Assembly (NCBI RefSeq): GCF_009834535.1
Contig: NC_045721.1
Span: 11,284,001-11,348,000, forward strand
Length of the DNA: 64,000 nt
Direction of reading: 5' to 3'
Source of the DNA: Camelus ferus
Taxonomy: Eukaryota
The first letter of the stretch is position 1. The number at the start of each line of letters is the position of its first letter. The translations under genes and the position numbers were made by a program. Below the pieces are notes generated by a model. It did no database searches. It was not told the DNA's origin and saw only the letters and a program-made list of their open reading frames with translations. Shown piece by piece: positions 48,901 through 59,984 of this stretch.

Positions 48901-49869
48901 GTGTTCAAACATGACGAGGTGTTGTGGGGAAGATGAAATGTAGGCTTTTTCATAGGGGAATAACATGAGGAAAGTATTTCAGGAAGCTTTATTTCACGTA
49001 TTCAGTTATCTTAAGTATTACATTTCCACTAATGACTTGGAGGATGAAACAGTGCAATATGGATGAAGTTTGCAAAAAATATTCACAAGCCTTTAACTGA
49101 AGGGAAACAGTGAATCAGAAAAATAACAGAAACATAATTAAATTAAATAAGAGGAAAAGCAGAGAATTGCAAAAAGGAGAGACACATATGGCAGGAAAAA
49201 AATTTGCTATAAGCAAGCATGGCTATCAAACATCAAAGAAAAAAGTGGAAAATTTCTAGTGGGAAATGCCTTTAGAACCACACTTTCAAAGCTAATTTGC
49301 TTCTAATTGTAAGCTCTATAAAAGGACTTTCCTTCTATAAAAAGGGGAAACTAATTGTCACAGTGGAATGATCCTTGGACCAGGAGTCTGAAGGGAGAGA
49401 TTCAAGTCCCAGCTCTTCAGTATAAAACCTCAGTAGAATCGGAGACCTTTAGACTTGGGAGAAAGCTTAGAGATCATCCAATCCAAACTTCTCATCTAAT
49501 GACAAGGAATTGGAGCCACACCCTAGAAGGTGGCAGAGAGAGCATCTGACATGCTGTCCTCCACACTTGGCTACCTCATAAGCTTCTTGGGCAAACCAGA
49601 CAAGATGTTATTTATACACAGTGTGTAAAGCATGCAGTGTCAGTGGAAGTATTCTTCAAAGGAGCAGCCACTAGTAATCCTCATTTATGAAGCAACACTG
49701 ATCAAATTAGAAGTAGCAATTAACATCAAAATAAACAATTTGACCTACTCCACTCTAAAGAGCTGTTGGAGAGCTTAGAGAGGGCCTAAAAGAGAGTCAG
49801 AAAACAGGAATCAGCTGTGGAATAGAAATCTCTGAGGAATAGTCAGGGACCTGTCTTCAGTGAATATTA

Positions 49870-50130
49870 AGCTCTTATTAGCACACTGAGGTAGGTGCTG
49901 CAGGGATTAAAAATGGTGGATCTCAATGGACTTTCCGAGTGAAAAAGGAAATAGACACACAACGAACACATTCACTAACACAACTAACTGGTGTGATGGA
50001 AATATGTTCTAGACCCAGTGGGAGCCCCAAGGGATATAAGCTCAGAATGGTAATTGTTAAACCCAACGTATGCAGTGCCAAGGAGAGGATCTTTTAGAGT
50101 GAATACAGACCTAGTTATTCACAAAATAAG
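49870..50130 (-). mobile_element. L2 fragment
   Basis: ttattagcacactgaggtaggtgctgcagggattaaaaatgg...gaaatagacac. Confidence 0.45.
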
Positions 50131-51309
50131 GAGAGAGAATGAGCTTACACTGTAGCATCCAAAGAGGTTGATAACAATTAGAAAAAATATCTTTACATTG
50201 AAAGTCAATCCAGACACTGTTTGCTGTAAATGATGTGGAATCTTCTTTCTCAAAAAAAAAAAAAAAAAAAAAAGAAAAAGGAAAGAACAGATTATCATCT
50301 CACTGGGATGGTTTAACTATGTTAACTAAAGTTTCAAGTCTCATTCAACTCATAAAGTGCTATTTTTACAAAAACACAATTACTTTAAAAATTCACTGTA
50401 AGCATGACTACTTAAGCACTCTAAATGCAGACAACTAGTACTTACAAAACAGTGAATCATACTCTAGCTGACTATCCTCCACAGCTTTATAGTTTTACAT
50501 AGAGACTTTTATACTTACAAACTTGTAACTTACAAGCTGTCACAAAGAGGAGCAAAACTATTTTCCAGAGCAAAAACCTATTAACTGCCTGCTACCAACA
50601 GATGGCTTTAATAATTATGCACCATCATTTTTATTTGAATATAGTTTTGCCCATGGCGTTAGCCATGAGTCTAGTATGTATTTAGTATTAATTTTATGAG
50701 CATCCTTTTTTCCATTATCTCCAATAAATGCAAAAACAGTCAAGTTGTTAAAAGTGCTAGTTTGAAGCAGTACACATTACAATGGAAACAACAGTAGAAA
50801 TAATAGAAAAATTGTAAGAAAATTATACATTATACACGCAGAAGACATTCCTCATTGGCTCGTAGGAACCATTCAGTTCTACAAAAGCAATGTGAAAAAA
50901 GAGGTGCTCTAATCAATCAATAATATTTCACAAAAGATTAGAAAGAATAATTATCGAATTGGAAAAAAAAATGGATTTGGCCAGTTCAAGAAAAAGGCTG
51001 GGAGGTATTCAGAAGTTCCGGCACAGTAAAAGTAGGAAGATGCCATTGGCTTAGTGACCAGCCGTGGATGGCAGGCCTCTTCAGATCTGCATGACGCCAA
51101 AGGCAGGGATGCCATGTTCAGTGCAGATGGAGCAGCGGAGAATTTCTGCAGGGAGACTCAGTTGAGGGACCAACCTGCATAAACAAACTGATTGCTAGAT
51201 AACCCCCCACAACACATGTGACAGTCATCCTGGAAGGGGGCTACTTGCCCAGCAGATTTTCCTTATAGTTGAGACGGATCCGATTTAGAAATAGGGGCCA
51301 ATAGACTAG

Positions 51310-51802
51310 TGAAAAGTGGCAGAATATACCCTCCCTAGATGTGCCACTTTGGCATATGGATTATTTGGAGCTAATGACACTTTAGGAGCAGCAGTTGCAA
51401 GAAAGGTGCCCTGACCTTTTCTGGCTGAATGCAGGAGCTAAAACGGCCATGGGAAAAATGTACTCTCTCCATCAGGAGGAAAGAAACATTCTCATCCCCC
51501 GAGACCCAGAGTCAAGGCCTGGAGAATTCTGTGCAGGCAGACTTTGTTAAAGAATTCTCATCTCCTTCTAGCCTTTTCATTTATTTTAGTTACTTTTCCA
51601 CAATCACCTCTCTTTGTTCAACTTAGAATAAAAGCATTTATGTTCTGCCACTTGGAGTTTTCATTTTCTGGTGGATACTTCTGTGTACAAGTAAAAGTAA
51701 AATGTGATGCTTTTCTCCTGTTTAGCTATCTTACATGTATTTAATTCTCAGGTCCAGCTGGAGAACTCAGAAGGGCAGAAGTAAAGTTTTGCCTCCCCTA
51801 CA
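51310..51802 (+). mobile_element. ERV1-class solo LTR (MER34-like)
   Basis: TG start, cagaatataccctccctagatgtgccactttggcatatggattattt, and end ttaattctcaggtccagc...gcctcccctaCA. Confidence 0.75.
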
Positions 51803-51958
51803 TCAGCAAGAAAGAAAAGACTATCTTATTTTCAAGGTTTTAGAAGAACAAGCCACTCTCCTATTGGACGAAAACACATTGGTGGACCATAATCATAACC
51901 ACTCATAGCCATTAGAACATATTGGAGGGAAAATGCCTTATTAACTGATTTTCAGGAT

Positions 51959-52460
51959 ATGGTTGGTTGTATGCAAATATGGCCAACAGTTCCCTCCTTC
52001 AGTGCTTGCACGTGCTGCTTCTCCCACTAAAAAGTGAAATCTATTTCCTCTCCCCTTAAATCTGGTCTGTTAACTTGCTTTAACTTCTGTCCTTATCTGA
52101 GTGCAACAGAAATGATATTCCAGGATTTGTGAGCCCAGGACTTAAGAGACTGGCAGCTTCTGCTTTCTCCTTCTTGGAAGCCAGCTGCCATGTAGAAAGT
52201 CCAACTACACTGAGATCAGCGTGCTGTGAAGTAGCCCAAGCTAGCAATGTCAAAGATGACACGCAGGAGAACCAGAGCATCCCAGGTGATGCCCCCAGCC
52301 CATCAGTCAACTGAACGCAGACACACAAATGACCCTGGGTCAGACCATCAGGAAAAGCACCCCGTCAAGCCACAGAAGTAGGTGAGACAACATATTACTT
52401 TTGTTTTAAGCCTCTGAGTTTTGGGTCATTCTTTTTGCAGAGCCTGACCAGCCAGATTAG
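51959..52460 (+). mobile_element. MaLR LTR (MLT1G/H-like)
   Basis: aaatatggccaac...gaaatctatttcctctccccttaaatctgg...cttaagagactggcagcttctgctttc...ttgttttaagcctctgagttttggg. Confidence 0.75.
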
Positions 52461-54425
52461 AAAAGTAGAGGAGCTTCTGTAATAACAGGTATGTGAGACC
52501 AAAACCAAAACCGAAACAGATGCCTCTAGGAGATTCCATGGAAATCAGAGTGAGTGGCAGGCCAGCTAAAACCCAAATGCGAAGTAACTAAGGAAAAAAG
52601 AAAAAAGTTCTAGAACTTCTGAAGATGAGATGGGCTTTGTCACAGGAGGGACAAGACAAATGGCCACTGATTCAGGCAGTTAAAAGGGGATTCCTACATT
52701 ATAAATAAAATAGTCCTATTTTAGCAATTAAACCCCAATATATGCAATTGATAAAATAGTATTCTCTTAGTAAATTATTTTAAAGTTCAAAGTATTACTT
52801 GTACTTGTGAAAAAGATCATCCGTGCATTTAAATTAAAGCAAGCTAAGTGTCATGGCAGTTATATTCATATTCTCATTATCAACTTCCTTCTGTATTTTG
52901 TCTTGAATGCACTGTATCTAGAAAATCGCAGTTAAGCAAAAAGTAGGCTGAGAGGAACTCAAGTTCAGCGACTTTGCCCCAAGGCAAAGCGGAACACTTA
53001 GGACCTGGTAGGCACGCCTGATTAACACCTCCTGAGCTTGAAAGAGGAGTAGGTTTTGGCAAAGGAGTTCCCAGTCAGGGGCCTTTTTCCAGAAATGGCC
53101 TCTTCCAGGACAGCTGGCAGTGATGAAGGTCCGTCCAGTTGGAACTGGTCCCAATCTGCGCCTCTTCACTCAGTTGCTTAGCTCTGGAGCCACTGAAGGG
53201 AACACGTGCCTCCTTTACCTACTGAAGGCACAGGAAGCTCTTGGCCTCTACCCTGCTTCCTCACCAGGGAGGGCAACTTCGTGGCACAAGATCAGCACTG
53301 GGTCCCTCTGTAACCTGCCTGTTCCTTTCTTGTTCCTCTTCTTGCTTTATTAATATAACCAATAGAGCTGTTTTGTTATCTTTGCCACTTTATCCCCCAA
53401 ATTGCATTTTGTGTTGGGTTAAACCTTCCAAAAGTGATTGTCTTATCAATTTCATTTTTATTCATCTAAATTCAGTTTTATTCATTTCAATTGCAGATGC
53501 TTAGGCATTAAGCATAAATCAGTGGCCCTACTTTGTAGTCTCTTGCGTTCACAATTGCTGAATAGTGATTGTGTTTGACCTCAGCTGACTATTCATTCTA
53601 AACAGCATCTGATTATGGAGGCTCTGCTTTGTGGAAGGATGGCACCAGTACACACAAATAGAGGCTGTGGGTTTCATACGCTGTGCTTGGTTTCAGTCTT
53701 TGCTGGAGACAGGTATGGACATGGAATTGCTTTGGGGTCACTGTAGTTGACTTGACATTTTTAGCTTAAGCGATTTTTACTGAGGCCGTTCCATCTGCAT
53801 CAGCAGATGCGGTACCCCGTGATGTACAGTGGCTCCACTGATGGACATGTTTTTCTCCCCTTCCTCTGCCACTTGTGGAGGCTAAGGTAGGTGAAGAATA
53901 AATGGGTAAAGAGATGAAGAAAATGGAAGAGGGCAGCTGCAGGCGCCATGACCTCCAGGGGATTCCTTGTTGAAGGGTCCTTCTGGGAAGGGTCAAAGGT
54001 CCAGTTATCTTGGAGGTTTTTTGGAATCTTTTGCTTTGCCAATTGTCCTGCCCTCCCTACGTGCTCCAGAGCAGGGTGTGTATTGTCTTTTGTAAGTGCC
54101 ACTAATCACTTCTCATGGCAACTATGAGTTTATGTGTCTGTTCCCACATGCATCGTGAGCCCCCTGAGGGAAGGAGCTCTGTCTTGGACATGTCTGTAAC
54201 CCCTGTCCCTAGCCTGGTAGCTGTAAAAGAAAGTTTTGCTAAAAGTATTCCCAGTAGTGCCCTTAAATTGCACTGAATCCGTGGTTTTCAAAATAAATCC
54301 TATTTCTGGTAGCACCTTAATATCAATACATTTTAAACCCAAAGGTAAGATCAGGGCTCCTAAAATATGTATGAATATTTACCTGTGATTCATTAAGTGC
54401 TTTTTCTTTTGAAGGTTTGTACTTT

Positions 54426-54865
54426 TGTAGCCGAGCAGGACACTATGGGGCCTTCGTGGGACAGATCCCTTCTCCATACCCTCTGCTGTGGCCCCTCTCT
54501 GAAGGACTCAGATAAATAGTATCTCATGCAGGTTTCCTGAGTTTTCAAATGCTGAAAACCACCACCAAATGGAAAAAATTAACTACTTAATGGTCATAAG
54601 CACCGAGCCCCCAGAACTTTTGGCGACTAAAGATTAATCACCATCAACTAGAGAATTGTGCACAGCTGATCACAGACCCTGGGCTCCTCCCTCAACTGGC
54701 CTTTAAGAGTGCTCAGCTGAAACCATTCAGGGAGTTTGGGGCTTTTTGAGCGTGAGCCACGCGTTCTCCTTGCTCCGCCCAGCAGTAAACCTTTCTCTGC
54801 TCCAAGCTCTGGAGCTTTGGTTGGTTTGGTCTCACGGTGCGTCAGGCACACGACGGTCAGTAACA
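54426..54865 (+). mobile_element. 5' LTR of the provirus (440 bp)
   Basis: tgtagccgagcagg...ggtcagtaaca, homologous to 59367-59814 along its length. Confidence 0.9.
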
Positions 54866-54868
54866 GTT

Positions 54869-54890
54869 TGGGTGAAGCCAGCCCGGAGTC
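54869..54890 (+). promoter_or_regulatory. Degenerate primer-binding site, tRNA-Arg(ACG)-like
   Basis: TGGGTGAAGCCAGCCCGGAGTC versus TGGCGAGCCAGCCAGGAGTC (complement of the recalled tRNA-Arg-ACG 3' end). The last 15 nt match at 14 of 15 positions. Confidence 0.7.
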
Positions 54891-57800
54891 TGTGCCTGTG
54901 GCAGGTTGACCCCGGCAGGGGCAGCGCCTTCCCTGGGTCCCAGCAGCTGCCGGAGCAAAGTGAGCCCCAGGGAACAGGGAGAGACTCTCCCTGACCGGCG
55001 GGCACGGCTGCCCCAGCCCGAGGCCGTTGGAGCCAAGAACCATTGAGAGCTGTGTCCACACTTGGTGTCTCCTGGGGTGAGTGGCTCCAGCCCGTGCAGG
55101 CTGGGAATTCTCTCCGCTCCATCTGGGCTCATTCCTGCCAGGAAGGGAGCCGCTCTGGGCTCCTTGGTGGCCACTCTGGGTCCGTTCTGTTCTGAGAGCT
55201 GGGCCTCTCTGTTAGGAGGCCTCCGTCTGGGAGTGGAAGTGGAAGTTTTAGAGGACACCTCCCCTGACTGTGCGACCATTGCTTACTTGTGTTTTTGTGT
55301 GTGTGGTTTTGGGGTGAGCCACTTTGGCTGGTGCAGGATGAGAAATTCCACCCGCTCCACCTGGGCTCCTTCCCTTCCCTTCCCTGAGCCATTCCCGGCT
55401 CAACGGGAGCCGTTCTGGGTCCGTTCTTTTTTCTGGGAGCCAGGCAGCTCTGGAAGCCCCTGTCCAGGAGTGAAATGGAATTTTAGGGCTACATCTCATG
55501 CTTGTGGGGCCATGTTTGTTCTATGTGTGTGTGTCGGTACTTGCACTGGCTGGTTGAGATGTCCTTGGTGAGTCATGGGGCTCACATGTGATGACACCAG
55601 GTATCCTGACCTGTTGCATTGGCTTCACCTGTGGCGGAGTGTTGGTTGATTAGCCTTGGTCACTCACTCAGCTTCATCTCTGTTGGGGTATTGTGTGGGG
55701 TTCTCCCCTTTTGGACCAATGGGGCGTTGGTTGGGAATCTCTTTTAGGGCTAGGGAACTGTGGCCCTGAGAGACCATTTTGAATTGTTGTTTGCTTGATA
55801 TTTGATAACATCAGCCGTGAATAATTTAAGTATGGATGACCAGACCTGTGTTCCATCTTTTAGTCCCCTGAGGGTATATTTTGCAAAACTAGGAGATCTT
55901 CAGCTAAGCTCCTATAAATGAAAGAAAATAATTTTTATCATGACCCTGTGTTGTCTCAGTGCTCCCAGAGATCTAGAGAACAGTGGCCCCTCATGGCTCT
56001 GCTACTGTATCAAAAGTGGGCCTTTTGTGATTTGGCCTTTATCGTGTGTGCGCGCGCGCACACCTGAGTCTAAATCCTGTTCTCTCTGCCCTAGTTTTGC
56101 TCAAAGTGAGGCATGTGAATGAGTAAATTATATATATATAAAATACATATTATATAAATATATAATATATTATATAAATATATCAAATTGTCTAATAGAT
56201 ATTTGGGAACTGAAAAAAATTCCCTAAAAATAGCCAAGATGGATGGGTTTTATAAAAGCAGTTAGAGGAGGAATTTGCATTCCTTTGAGATGTAAATGAT
56301 CTACCTGGGTGCTCTAGGAGAAAAAAAAATTTTTTTAAACTCAGGCAAAAAATTTAGATCTCTGATTCTGATTGTCTTTACTTAAAAACTTTTTTTTTCA
56401 ATAAATGAGCTCTATTTAATTGACTTAAATGTTTAAGTGCTTACAAGTTAAATACTTCTAAGTATAAAAGAAGCTAGACAGAACAAATTTCAAGCTAATG
56501 TTATCTAGGAAATATTCAATATTGAATTGATATCTGATTTAAAACAAGCTTAAGCTTGTTGGTGTAATCAATAAAGACATGTCTTTTATCGTACCTAGGT
56601 TTACTGAGGGTCAGTAAATTCATGTTTCTGTTGCAGAGTGTGTCAGCAGAAAGAAAACAACTAGCTTAGTATGATGAAATTCTTACGGCTGAAATAGAGT
56701 GTAGGTGAAATAAGAGCTTTTGGGTGAACTCTTTGGAAATGATTGTTTTGGGAATGTCTACTTAAAGGTGATCTCTCTGGATATTTGGTGACTTGAGATT
56801 TTGGAGTTGTGCTGAATTGGGTTAAATGATGAAAGTTTATTGAATAGTTGAATAGCTAGGTCATTCCCAAACGAAATAAGATGCTGAAATATTTGCTAAA
56901 AGTTAAGATTTTTAAGAGTTAAGAATTCTAATTTAAACTTGTAAGGCTAATAGAAATAATAAAGGAAACATTTCAGTATACAGTAGGAAAGTAGGATATA
57001 TTTTGAGGAATAAATGTATGAGGAATGGAATTGTATTTTGTTAAGAAAAAAGATTTGGTCCTATAGCTGGTTGTTTCTATATGGGGAGAAAAATAAGGGA
57101 CAAACTAATATGAATATAGAAAGTTGGGGAAGGTTTGTGGAAGGGGAGTTCTAAAAAGAGAGTTCTGTTCATGGTTGGGCTGAGATTAGATTAACTAGGT
57201 AAGTGGATTTTGTTATTAAAAGTGGGCTGGTACAGGACTGGATTTGGTTCCTCTGCTAAGAGAACAAGTCTACTTAGAATGCTTCTGATGACAGATTGTG
57301 TGAAACTTTGATATTTTTGACAAACTTTCTATCAAGTTCTAAGTAAAGTTCTTTTGACTTACCTGGCTTTGGGATGCTTCAGAAGGCCCCTGAGACTTCT
57401 CAGAAAAATTTAACTGGGTTGGTTGGTATGTTGAATTACACAAGAAGCATCATCAGATGAGTGATAAGCCTCCTCAGATGACATGGTATAGTAAGTGTTA
57501 GCATAGATATCCTAGAAATTATGTAGAGTTTCTGAAAGTTGGATATGTCCTGGTGTAATGCTGTCAGTCATGATTCTGGTTGCTATCTTGGACTGTTGTG
57601 TGTCACAGCAACTTGATTAAGCTTCCTTGCCAAAAACACTCTAATCAGATCTTTTACTTTGCCTTTTTGGGTCTTTGGTCATTCATAGACAGTTAAGCTG
57701 ATGCTTGGCCAAACTACTTCATTTTCAAGAAGATTCGTAAAAAGGACTTTAACAAGTACAGATTTCTTTTAAATCATACTGCTGAGTTAGGTAAGATGTT

Positions 57801-57932
57801 TGAAAAGTCTGAAACTGATTTCATGGAACTGTTGGTAAGGGGGATTCATTATATGGGATTGAGTGAACTGATGAGTATGGTTTTAATTTTTTGGTTTTGT
57901 CTGAAATATTACTGGCTTAACCTATGTTTTCT

Positions 57933-58109
57933 TTATATATATATATTTAATTGAAATATAGTCAGTTTACAGTGTTGTCAGTTTCTGGTGTACAGCATGT
58001 TTTAGTCATACATGAACATACATATATTCGTTGTCGCATTCTTTTTCACTGTAAGTTACAATGAGATATTGAATATAGTTCCTGTGTTATCCAGTATAAA
58101 TCTGTTGTT
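57933..58109 (-). mobile_element. 177-bp L1 3'-end insertion nested in the provirus, with a perfect 16-bp TSD
   Basis: TSD TTAACCTATGTTTTCT at 57917-57932 and 58110-58125. The body resembles the 3' UTR of the L1 at 42540 (attgaaatatag...gatattgaatatagttcc). Confidence 0.92.
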
Positions 58110-58834
58110 TTAACCTATGTTTTCTAGTTGGAACTGTTTACCAAATGTTTGTCTCCCTATCAATATTGCCTCCAATGTTGAGGATAGAAAGATAATTCTC
58201 TAATGGAGTTGTCACAGAGTATAACTACCATAATGTATAATACTGCTTGCTTTTAAGTCTGTTGCTAAAAGCACTTGTACAATGCTTGTGTAACAAAATG
58301 TATGGCCCATTAGCATGCCTCTGAGCCTGTTCACAGTATCTGATTTAGTTTTCCCACAACATGGATAACTAGGCAAATACAAAGGAGGACTAGCACCGAG
58401 GAACATGTTCTGAACCTGGGGTAAGAGCCACCACCCCAGCATCCAGGGACAGATATTTTGATCATCAGTGCTTTCTATTAAAAGATTTGTCATCGAAAGG
58501 GGAAATGATGGAAAAAATCTGCACATATTGAGGTATGGGGAAGTCCTGGCTTATACATGGTTTGACTTAAACTTTACTGACCAAAGTGGCCTGTTCTTTG
58601 GCCTTTTGTACATCTGCTTTGGCACTGAGGAGGGGAATGCATTTGAAAGTCAAAATGGGATAGCTGTGGTTCAGACATCCAAGGTAAAACTAGGTGGCCA
58701 TTGTGGACATGATTTCAGGCACGTTCCTGTGTTATTGAGAACTTGAATTTTCTGAGCTGTGTCATGCTCAGGACAGCACCAGCCATTCTCAAAGCAGTGT
58801 CTGCTGGCAGATGGCAGCTGCAACCTTAGGACCT

Positions 58835-59085
58835 CAAGGTCTTCTCTTATAACTATTAAAGTTTTAGACTATAAAAGTGCCTTAGATCAGATGTTAGCAG
58901 AAAAAAGGAGATGTGTAGTGGCCAGTAGCTCTTGTTATGTATATATTAGCACCACATCAAAAGTTAAAGCCTACTCAGATTAAAGTAGACAACTGGCTAC
59001 CTGGTTGCACATCTCCCCAAAAGTGCCAGGTCCAGACTGGTTTTCAGGCTCATTCTCTTGAATTCCTCAGGGAATGAGATCTTAA
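58835..59085 (+). pseudogene. Decayed retroviral env TM ectodomain (immunosuppressive domain and CX6C[C] motif)
   Basis: Frame starting at 58861: VLDYKSALDQMLAEKRRCVVASSSCYVYISTTSKVKAYSD*SRQLATWLHISPKVPGPDWFSGSFS*IPQG. It aligns with the gamma-type TM pattern VLDNRxALDxLLAExGGVCxxxxxxCCxYINxS...W...DWF and has in-frame stops. Confidence 0.85.
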
Positions 59086-59350
59086 TTATATAAGACTTGG
59101 ATCTAGGACTTGGAACTCAGGAATATTTCCAGCCTGGTGTCCATTCCCCAAATTGAGGCAGGACTCTGCCCCATTTCAGCAGGGAGTAGCCAGAGCAGTC
59201 ATCACCCTGTTCCCTGAAAGATTTGGGGAAGGATAAAACAGGTTTGGAGATTAAAACCCAGTTCCTCTGCCGAGATTATGATGAACCTCTCTGTCCAAAT
59301 ACTTTGCCACTTCTTGTCCAACCTGTTCTCCTCAGGACTGAGGGGTATTG

Positions 59351-59365
59351 AAGAAAAGGGGGGAA
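59351..59365 (+). promoter_or_regulatory. Polypurine tract of the provirus
   Basis: AAGAAAAGGGGGGAA, one nucleotide before the TG of the 3' LTR. Confidence 0.9.
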
Positions 59366-59366
59366 C

Positions 59367-59814
59367 TGTAACTGAGCCAGACCCTAAGGGACCCCCTGGG
59401 ACAGACTCCTCCCCCATACCCTCTGCTGTGGCTCCTCTCTGAAGGACCCAGATAATAGTATCTCATGAAGGTTTCCTGAGTTTTTCAGATGCTAAAAAAC
59501 TACCACAAAATGAAAGAAATTAAGTACTTGATGATCTTGAGCACTGGGCCCCCAGACCTTCTGGTGTCTAAGGGTTGATCACCATCAACCACTCAGAATT
59601 GTGCACAGCTGATCACAGACCCTGGGGTGCCCCTCTCTTAGTGGGCCTTTAAAAATGCTCAGCTGAAACCCTTGGGGAGTGCAGGGCTTTTGGGGCATAA
59701 GCCACTCTCTTTGCTGGGCCCAGCAATAAACCTTTCTCTGCTCCAGACTCCGATGTTCCAGTAGTTTTTTTGCCTTCACCATGCGTTGGGTACACAAACT
59801 TGTATTCGGTAACA
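59367..59814 (+). mobile_element. 3' LTR of the provirus (448 bp)
   Basis: tgtaactgagccag...ttcggtaaca. TATA-like TTTAAAAA at 59648-59655 and AATAAA at 59725-59730. Confidence 0.9.
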
Positions 59815-59984
59815 CTCTTCCTTGCTGATTTTTTTTTTTTGTCTTCAAAAATAAAGTTAACATGCAATTTGTATTCGATAAGAGTTTTTAAAACTAAATA
59901 TTCATAAAATACTAGGTCCTCTCACTTTAGATTATAAGCATGTGAACTTCAAAGGCCTGACTGGGGTCCCTCTTCAAATATAAA

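Larger units (their letters stand above)
54426..59814 (+). mobile_element. Two-LTR ERV1/gamma-like provirus, apparently non-autonomous (no gag/pol recognised; env remnant)
   Basis: Paired homologous LTRs (TGTA...TAACA), a PBS after the 5' LTR, a PPT before the 3' LTR, an env TM remnant, and flanks CTTT / CTCT (3 of 4 match, candidate TSD). Confidence 0.9.

Noticed and set aside
52900-53520. Possible ERV-internal or L1 5' fragment
   Set aside because: No diagnostic termini, PBS or coding motif recognised.
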